The position numbers and the translations under genes are program-made. From Alphaproteobacteria bacterium (lineage in GTDB: Bacteria; Pseudomonadota; Alphaproteobacteria; MPNO01): DNA of 64,000 nt. The DNA lies in assembly GCA_965248835.1 (NCBI GenBank), contig CBDFLJ010000001.1, positions 288,001 through 352,000 on the forward strand. Direction: 5' to 3'. Below the pieces are notes generated by a model that was not told where the DNA came from, searched no databases, and saw nothing but the letters and a program-made list of their open reading frames with translations. This document shows positions 56,230 to 64,000 of the stretch, piece by piece; position 1 is the stretch's first letter, and each line of letters starts with the position of its first letter.

Positions 56230-57165
56230 GTGAACAGAATCGGGGTCATCGGCGCCGGCGCCTGGGGGACCGCATTGGCGATCGTCGCCCGGCGCGCCGG
56301 ACGCGCGGTGGTGCTGTGGGGCCGCGGTTCCGCACGGCGCGCGTCGGTCGAGCCGGATCTGGAGATCGAGGCCACCGCCGATCTTGCCCGGGCGGCACGC
56401 TGCGATGCGGTGCTGCTGGTGGTGCCGGCGCAGGCCGTTCGCGAGGTCTCGGGCGCGCTCCGCCCGCTGGTCGCCCCGGACGTGCCGGTGGTGGTGTGCG
56501 CCAAGGGGATCGAGCGCGGCACGCAGATGACAATGAGCGAGGTGGTCGCCGAAGCCCTGCCCGGCCGGCCGGTAGCGATCCTTTCCGGCCCGACCTTTGC
56601 CGGCGAGGTGGCGCGCGGCCTGCCGAGTGCGGCCACGCTGGCCTGCCGCGAGGCAGCGGTCGCCGAGGCGTTGGCCGTTGCTCTCCGCTCGTCGTCTTTC
56701 CGTCCCTATCACAGCACCGACGTGACCGGCGTCGAGCTCGGCGGCGCGATCAAGAACGTGCTGGCCATCGCCTGCGGCATCACCCAGGGGCGCGGCCTGG
56801 GCGAGAACGCGCGCGCGGCGCTGATCACCCGCGGCCTGGCCGAGATGACCCGCCTTGCGCTGGCGCGCGGCGCGCGCGCGGAAACCATGATGGGGCTGTC
56901 CGGTCTCGGCGACCTGATGCTGACCTGCGCCAGCGCGACCTCGCGCAACTACGCCGCCGGGCTTGCGCTCGGCCGCAGCGAATTCCTGCCCGACGGCATC
57001 GTGGTCGAGGGCGTGCCGACCGCTGCCGCCCTGGCGGTGTTGGCCAGCCGCCACGGGGTCGAGATGCCGATCTGCGCCGCGGTGGATGCGATCCTCAACC
57101 GGGGCGCGGACATCGATGCGGTGATCGCCGGACTGCTGGCCCGCCCGTTGCGCGCCGAGGCGTGA
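56230..57165 (+). CDS. gpsA: NAD(P)H-dependent glycerol-3-phosphate dehydrogenase
   Basis: GAGAWGTALA, CAKGIE, LSGPTFA.EVA, GGAIKNVLAIA, GLSGLGDL.LTC, SRN. Confidence 0.93.
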   Translation: MNRIGVIGAGAWGTALAIVARRAGRAVVLWGRGSARRASVEPDLEIEATADLARAARCDAVLLVVPAQAVREVSGALRPLVAPDVPVVVCAKGIERGTQMTMSEVVAEALPGRPVAILSGPTFAGEVARGLPSAATLACREAAVAEALAVALRSSSFRPYHSTDVTGVELGGAIKNVLAIACGITQGRGLGENARAALITRGLAEMTRLALARGARAETMMGLSGLGDLMLTCASATSRNYAAGLALGRSEFLPDGIVVEGVPTAAALAVLASRHGVEMPICAAVDAILNRGADIDAVIAGLLARPLRAEA

Positions 57166-57210
57166 TCGATCGGGCGCTGCCGTGCTACAAGCGGCAAGCG
57201 GAGGTGCGCG

Positions 57211-57624
57211 ATGCAATACTGGCTGTTCAAATCCGAGCCCGGGGCGTGGTCGTGGGACGATCAGGTCAAGGCGGGGACCGCGGAATGGGACGGAATCCGC
57301 AACTACCAGGCCGACAACAACATGAAGGAGATGAAGAAGGGCGACCGCGCGTTCTTCTATCACTCCGTCCAACCGCGCGAGATCGTCGGCGTGGTCGAGG
57401 TGGTCAAGGAGCATTATCCTGACCCGACCGACCCCAAGGGCCGGTTCGGCATGGTCGACGTCAAGGCGCTGATGCCGGTGAAGTCACCGGTGACGCTGGC
57501 CGACATCAAGGCGGAGCCGGCGCTGTCGGGGATGTGGCTGGTGCGCCAATCGCGGCTTTCGGTCACCCCGGTCACCAAGGACGAATGGACGCTGTTGTGC
57601 AAGATGGCGGGGATCAGGGCCTGA
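57211..57624 (+). CDS. EVE domain protein
   Basis: YWLFKSEP, WDGIRNYQA, FFYHS, SRLSV.PV; RBS ggagg. Confidence 0.93.
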   Translation: MQYWLFKSEPGAWSWDDQVKAGTAEWDGIRNYQADNNMKEMKKGDRAFFYHSVQPREIVGVVEVVKEHYPDPTDPKGRFGMVDVKALMPVKSPVTLADIKAEPALSGMWLVRQSRLSVTPVTKDEWTLLCKMAGIRA

Positions 57625-57944
57625 CCGGCACCGTTCTGTGCCGCCTCGATGATATCCCCGATCCCGGCGGCAAGGGCTTCGCGCCGCCTGACCGGTCGCG
57701 GTTTTTCGTGGTCCGGGTCGGCGGCGCCGTGTGGGGCTACGTCAATTCGTGCCCGCACCAGGGCGTCAACCTCGACTGGAACCCCGACCGCTTCCTCACT
57801 TACGACAAGCACCTCATCCAGTGCGCCACCCACGGCGCGCGCTTCGTCATTGAGACCGGCCGCTGCATCGCCGGCCCGTGCCGCGGGCGGGCGCTGACCC
57901 CAGTAGCCGTCCGCATCGTCAACGGCGCGGTGGTGCTGGCCTGA
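57585..57944 (+). CDS. Rieske [2Fe-2S] ferredoxin (start ATG 57585 or CTG 57621)
   Basis: YVNSCPHQG, CATHGARF, G.C..GPC. Confidence 0.88.
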   Translation: MDAVVQDGGDQGLTGTVLCRLDDIPDPGGKGFAPPDRSRFFVVRVGGAVWGYVNSCPHQGVNLDWNPDRFLTYDKHLIQCATHGARFVIETGRCIAGPCRGRALTPVAVRIVNGAVVLA

Positions 57945-58064
57945 GCCCGCCGGGGCGGCTCACCGCTGCCCGTCTTCTTGTCTCGTTCAGGGATCGCCGA
58001 CATAATCGCCGGCCTGCAGGTCGGGCTTGTTCGACGGCCCGAAGGGAATGGGGGAATCCTGGAC

Positions 58065-60005
<1,941 letters not shown>

Positions 60006-60049
60006 GACGGCCCGGCGGATCGTCCGCCGCCGGCCCGCCGCTGGACGCA

Positions 60050-60208
60050 TCAAAAATCGATGCAGCGGCCATTCTTTTCCCAGTCGCCGAAACGCGTCGG
60101 GTCCGGCCCCTTGCGCCCGCCGATCTCGGCGACCGGGGCGGACGCGGGCTCGGCAGGTTTGGGATCCTCCTCGCCCGGAACGGGGTTCTTGCGCTCGTTT
60201 TCTGCCAT
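60050..60208 (-). CDS. DUF1674/SDHAF4-like succinate dehydrogenase assembly factor
   Basis: EIGGRKGPDPTRFGDWEKNGRCIDF C-terminal signature. Confidence 0.9.
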   Translation of the reverse strand: MAENERKNPVPGEEDPKPAEPASAPVAEIGGRKGPDPTRFGDWEKNGRCIDF

Positions 60209-60287
60209 GACCGGACTATAGCGCCGGGAGGGCGGATTCCAAGGGCTTGACCGCCCGGCGTCCCGCGCCGCATCTAGACGTGGATGG

Positions 60288-61655
60288 ATGGATGGGCGCG
60301 ATGAGACCGATCCCGGCCCAAAGGCTGTGGGGGCGGCGATAGCCTCGACCGGAAGCCCGCCCGCGGGCGCGCGCACCATTGCCCATGGGCTGCTCGATGC
60401 CGTCCTGGTCCACGGCCGGGCGCTCGAGGAGGCGCTGGCGGCCTCGACGCCGTTTGCCGCGTTGGCCACGCGGGACCGTGCGTTCTGCCGGCTGCTCGTG
60501 GCCACGACGCTGCGCCGCCTGGGCCAGATCGACGACCTGATCGGGACCTGCCTGGACCACCCGTTGCCGCGCCACGCCATTGCGGTCCGAAACGCGCTCA
60601 GGCTCGGCGCAGTGCAGATCGTCTTCCTCGGCACGCCATCGCACGCCGCGGTAAACGAGACGGTGGCGCTGGTGCGCGGCCGGCGCCTGGCGCGCTTTCG
60701 CGGCCTGGTGAACGCGGTGCTGCGGCGTTTCACCCGTGAGGGCGCGGCGCGCCGGGAGACCCACGACGAAGCGCGCGTGAACACCCCGGGCTGGCTGTGG
60801 CAAAGCTGGGCCGGGGCCTACGGCGAGGCGACCGCCCGCGCGATCGCGGGCGTCCACCTGGCGGAGCCGCCGATGGACATCACCGTAAAGGACGGCGCCG
60901 AGCCCTGGGCGGCGAGGCTCGATGCGCGCGTGCTGCCGACCGGCTCTCTCAGGCGCGCGGCCGCGCCGGTCGCCGGGTTGCCGGGCTTCGCGGCCGGCGC
61001 GTGGTGGGTCCAGGACATGGCGGCCGCCCTGCCCGCGCGTGTCCTGATGGCCGGTCTCGCAGGACCTGCCGGCGAATGGCGAATCGCCGATCTGTGCGCG
61101 GCCCCGGGCGGCAAGACCGCCCAACTCGCCGCCGCGGGCGCCCGGGTGAGCGCGCTCGACATCTCGGCCTCGCGGCTCGCGCGTGTTGCGCAGAACCTTG
61201 CCCGGCTGGGCCTGGCCGCCGAGCTGGTCGAGGCAGATCTGCATCGCTGGACGTCGGCGGAAGGCTTCGACGGGTTGCTGCTCGATGCGCCCTGCAGCGG
61301 AACGGGGACCATTCGGCGCCACCCGGATATCGCCCGCAACAAGACGCCCGGCGACGTCGCCCGGCTGGCCGGGCTGCAACGGTCTCTGCTCGAGGCCGCG
61401 GCGCGGCACCTCCGCCCCGGCGGCCGGTTGGTCTACAGCGTCTGCTCGCTGCAGCCGGAGGAATGCGCGAGCGTGGTCGACGGCTTCCTGGCGCAAGATC
61501 GCCGGTTCGCCCGCCTCGCCCTCGGCCCCGGCGAAATCGCCGGTACGGAGGCCTTCGTCACACCGGTCGGGGACATCCGCACCCTACCCTGCCACCTGGC
61601 CGAGCACGGCGGACTCGACGGATTCTACATTTGCCGGCTGCAGCGCTTGACATGA
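60288..61655 (+). CDS. rsmB: RsmB/NOL1 16S rRNA m5C methyltransferase with a NusB-like domain
   Basis: GLVNAVLRR, WWVQD.AA, DLCAAPGGKT, DAPCSGTG..RRHPD, YSVCS. Confidence 0.9.
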   Translation: MDGRDETDPGPKAVGAAIASTGSPPAGARTIAHGLLDAVLVHGRALEEALAASTPFAALATRDRAFCRLLVATTLRRLGQIDDLIGTCLDHPLPRHAIAVRNALRLGAVQIVFLGTPSHAAVNETVALVRGRRLARFRGLVNAVLRRFTREGAARRETHDEARVNTPGWLWQSWAGAYGEATARAIAGVHLAEPPMDITVKDGAEPWAARLDARVLPTGSLRRAAAPVAGLPGFAAGAWWVQDMAAALPARVLMAGLAGPAGEWRIADLCAAPGGKTAQLAAAGARVSALDISASRLARVAQNLARLGLAAELVEADLHRWTSAEGFDGLLLDAPCSGTGTIRRHPDIARNKTPGDVARLAGLQRSLLEAAARHLRPGGRLVYSVCSLQPEECASVVDGFLAQDRRFARLALGPGEIAGTEAFVTPVGDIRTLPCHLAEHGGLDGFYICRLQRLT

Positions 61656-61750
61656 CGGCCAAGTTCTTTCAACCAACCTCGTTGCCCGCCCATGTATGCG
61701 AATTGGCAACGCGGGCCTGCCTCCCCATGACGGCTTAGCGATAATTCCGG

Positions 61751-62902
61751 GTGGACTTCGTCGTGACGGCGCTGACCAAGAACGCGGTACTGCCGGGGAA
61801 TCGAGAGGTTCGCCTGGTGCTTGAAGACGGGACCGAATCGACCGGCCGCGCGTTCGGCGCACTCAAGGCGGTAATGGGCGAGGTCGTCTTCAACACCGCA
61901 ATGGTGGGCTATGTCGAGGCGTTGACCGACCCGTCCTATCGCGGACAGATCCTGATGCTGACCTATCCGCTGATCGGCAATTACGGCGTCCCGCCGGCGC
62001 GGCTGCCCGGCTCGATCGAACGGCCGTTCGAGTCCGGACGAATCCAGGTCCAGGGCCTGATCGTCCAGCACTACATGGCCAAGCCCAGCCATGCCTCGTC
62101 CGGGCGGTCGCTGGGCACCTGGCTGGAAGCCGAAGATGTGCCGGCGATCGAAGGGATCGATACCAGGCACCTGACCCGCAAGCTGCGCGAGGTCGGCACG
62201 ATGAAGGGCTGGCTGCTGCCGGCCGCGATGCCCGACGGCAAGGCCCGCGAGTCGGCCGAAGCGGTCGACATGGCCAATGTCCACGACCTGGTCGCGCCGC
62301 GCGACGTCTCCCGGTACGGCGCGGGGGATACCAGGATCCTGCTGGTCGATGCCGGTGCAAAGGACAATATCGTCCGTTCGTTGCTCGACCGCGACGCCTC
62401 GGTGGTGCGCGCGGGCTGGCGGCGCAACCTGGTCGAGCTCGCCGGCGAGGCCGACGGCGTGTTGATCGGCAACGGTCCGGGCGATCCGAAGGATGCCAGG
62501 ACCCTGATCGCCCAGATCCGCGAGCTGATCCAGACCGGCTACCCCAAGCCCATCTTCGGCATTTGCCTGGGCAACCAGATCCTGGCACTCGCCGCCGGCA
62601 CGGATACCTACAAGCTGCGCTACGGCCATCGCGGCATCAACCAGCCGGTACAGGACCTGATGTCGCGGCGCTGCTTCGTGACCAGCCAGAACCATGGTTA
62701 TGCGGTGCGCGACGCCAGCCTGCCGAACGGATGGGAGCCGTGGTTCGTCAACCTCAACGACGGCACCAACGAGGGCATCCGCTGTCAGTCGCGGCCCTAT
62801 TCCAGCATCCAGTTCCATCCGGAGGCATCTCCGGGACCACGGGAATCGGGCGTTCTTTTCGATGATTTCATGCGCCACGCAAGGGCGATGAAGGACCGCT
62901 GA
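61751..62902 (+). CDS. carA: Carbamoyl-phosphate synthase small subunit
   Basis: GEVVFNT.M.GY, TDPSY.GQ, NGPGDP, CLGNQ, GHRG.NQP, SQNHG, QFHPE. Confidence 0.94.
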   Translation: MDFVVTALTKNAVLPGNREVRLVLEDGTESTGRAFGALKAVMGEVVFNTAMVGYVEALTDPSYRGQILMLTYPLIGNYGVPPARLPGSIERPFESGRIQVQGLIVQHYMAKPSHASSGRSLGTWLEAEDVPAIEGIDTRHLTRKLREVGTMKGWLLPAAMPDGKARESAEAVDMANVHDLVAPRDVSRYGAGDTRILLVDAGAKDNIVRSLLDRDASVVRAGWRRNLVELAGEADGVLIGNGPGDPKDARTLIAQIRELIQTGYPKPIFGICLGNQILALAAGTDTYKLRYGHRGINQPVQDLMSRRCFVTSQNHGYAVRDASLPNGWEPWFVNLNDGTNEGIRCQSRPYSSIQFHPEASPGPRESGVLFDDFMRHARAMKDR

Positions 62903-62906
62903 GGCG

Positions 62907-64000
62907 ATGTACGGCGTCTATCTTCCCGCCAAGCCCGACAAGGTCCTGATTCTGGGCTCGGGCGCGCTGCAAATCGGCCAGGCGGGCGAGTTCGACTATT
63001 CGGGCTCGCAGGCCATCAAGGCGATGCGCGAGGAGGGCATCTCGACGGTCCTGGTCAACCCCAACATCGCGACGATCCAGACATCGGCGGGGCTGGCCGA
63101 CCGGATCTACCTGGTCGCGGTGACGCCGGCGCTGGTCGAGGAGATCATAAGGAAGGAACGGGTCGATGCGATCCTGCTGTCCTTCGGCGGGCAGACGGCG
63201 CTCAACTGCGGGCTCGAGCTCCACGAGACCGGCGTCCTGGAGCGCTACGGGGTGCGCATCCTGGGCACCCCAATCCAGACGGTCGTCGATACCGAGGACC
63301 GTCATCGCTTCGTCCGGCAGCTTGACGAGATCGGCGTGAATACGGCGCGCTCGATCGCCTGCCATTCGGTCGAGGAGGCCCGTGCGGCGGCCAGCGATCG
63401 GCCTGCCGGTCATGCTGCGCGGCGCCTACGCCCTGGGCGGCAAGGGCAGCGGCATCGTCGACACCGAGGACCAGTTGGACAGCGCGCTCAGACGTTCCTT
63501 CGACGGCGGCGTACCGCAGGTCCTGGTCGAGGAGTGCCTGCGCGGCTGGAAGGAAATCGAATACGAGATGGTGCGCGACGGGCGCGACAACTGCATCGCG
63601 GTCTGCAACATGGAGAACATGGATCCGATGGGGATCCACACTGGCGAATCGATCGTTGTCGCGCCGTCCCAAACGCCGACCGACGACGAATACCAGATGC
63701 TGCGCAGCGTCGCGATCGACACCGTTCGCCATATCGGCATCCTCGGCGAGTGCAACATCCAGTACGCGCTGCACCCATCCTCGGGCGACTACCGGGTGAT
63801 CGAGATCAACGCCCGCCTGTCGCGCCAGCGCGCTGGCCAGCAAGGCGACCGGCTATCCGTTGGCCTACGTGGCCGCCAAGATCGCCATCGGCTATGCGTT
63901 GCCGGACATCCCCAACGCGATAACGAGGCGCACGACGAGCTTTTTCGAGCCGGCGCTCGACTACCTGGTGTGCAAGTTTCCCCGCTGGGACATCGCGAAG
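62907..64000 (+). pseudogene. carB: Carbamoyl-phosphate synthase large subunit with two frameshifts (runs off window)
   Basis: [13 protein letters not shown] in the first frame. After 63396 the next frame gives [15 protein letters not shown]...GWKEIEYE...GECNIQY. After 63826 a third frame gives [13 protein letters not shown]...FEPALDY. Confidence 0.85.

Overview
High-GC bacterial chromosomal window that looks alphaproteobacterial (Rhodospirillales-like). The evidence is the long two-domain dCTP deaminase, the prs-rplY-pth-ychF block, the gpsA-EVE-Rieske-acs-DUF1674-rsmB block and GANTC sites in a promoter. About 65 CDS are present. I found no rRNA, tRNA, CRISPR array or transposase. Housekeeping islands alternate with dense catabolic genes: an fcs/abmA/hydroxycinnamoyl-CoA hydratase-lyase/amidohydrolase cluster, a second divergent hydratase-lyase operon, two non-CODH molybdenum hydroxylases, two luciferase-like monooxygenases, a sulfatase, SDRs, alpha/beta hydrolases and MFS/SSS/DMT transporters. 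The best leads are: (1) a probable CoA-dependent aromatic pathway with a MarR operator shared by marR and the second hydratase-lyase operon; (2) an uncharacterised Mo-hydroxylase plus decarboxylase locus; (3) an SSS, small membrane protein and anchored TPR operon; (4) a DnaA-box/GANTC cluster at dcd; (5) a CinA-ArsC fusion; (6) a tandem muconolactone-isomerase-like protein; (7) genes that appear to need non-canonical starts; (8) a Bacteroidota/eukaryote-type carAB whose carB is frameshifted twice. All calls come from motif recognition by eye, with no database searches, and start codons are best estimates.
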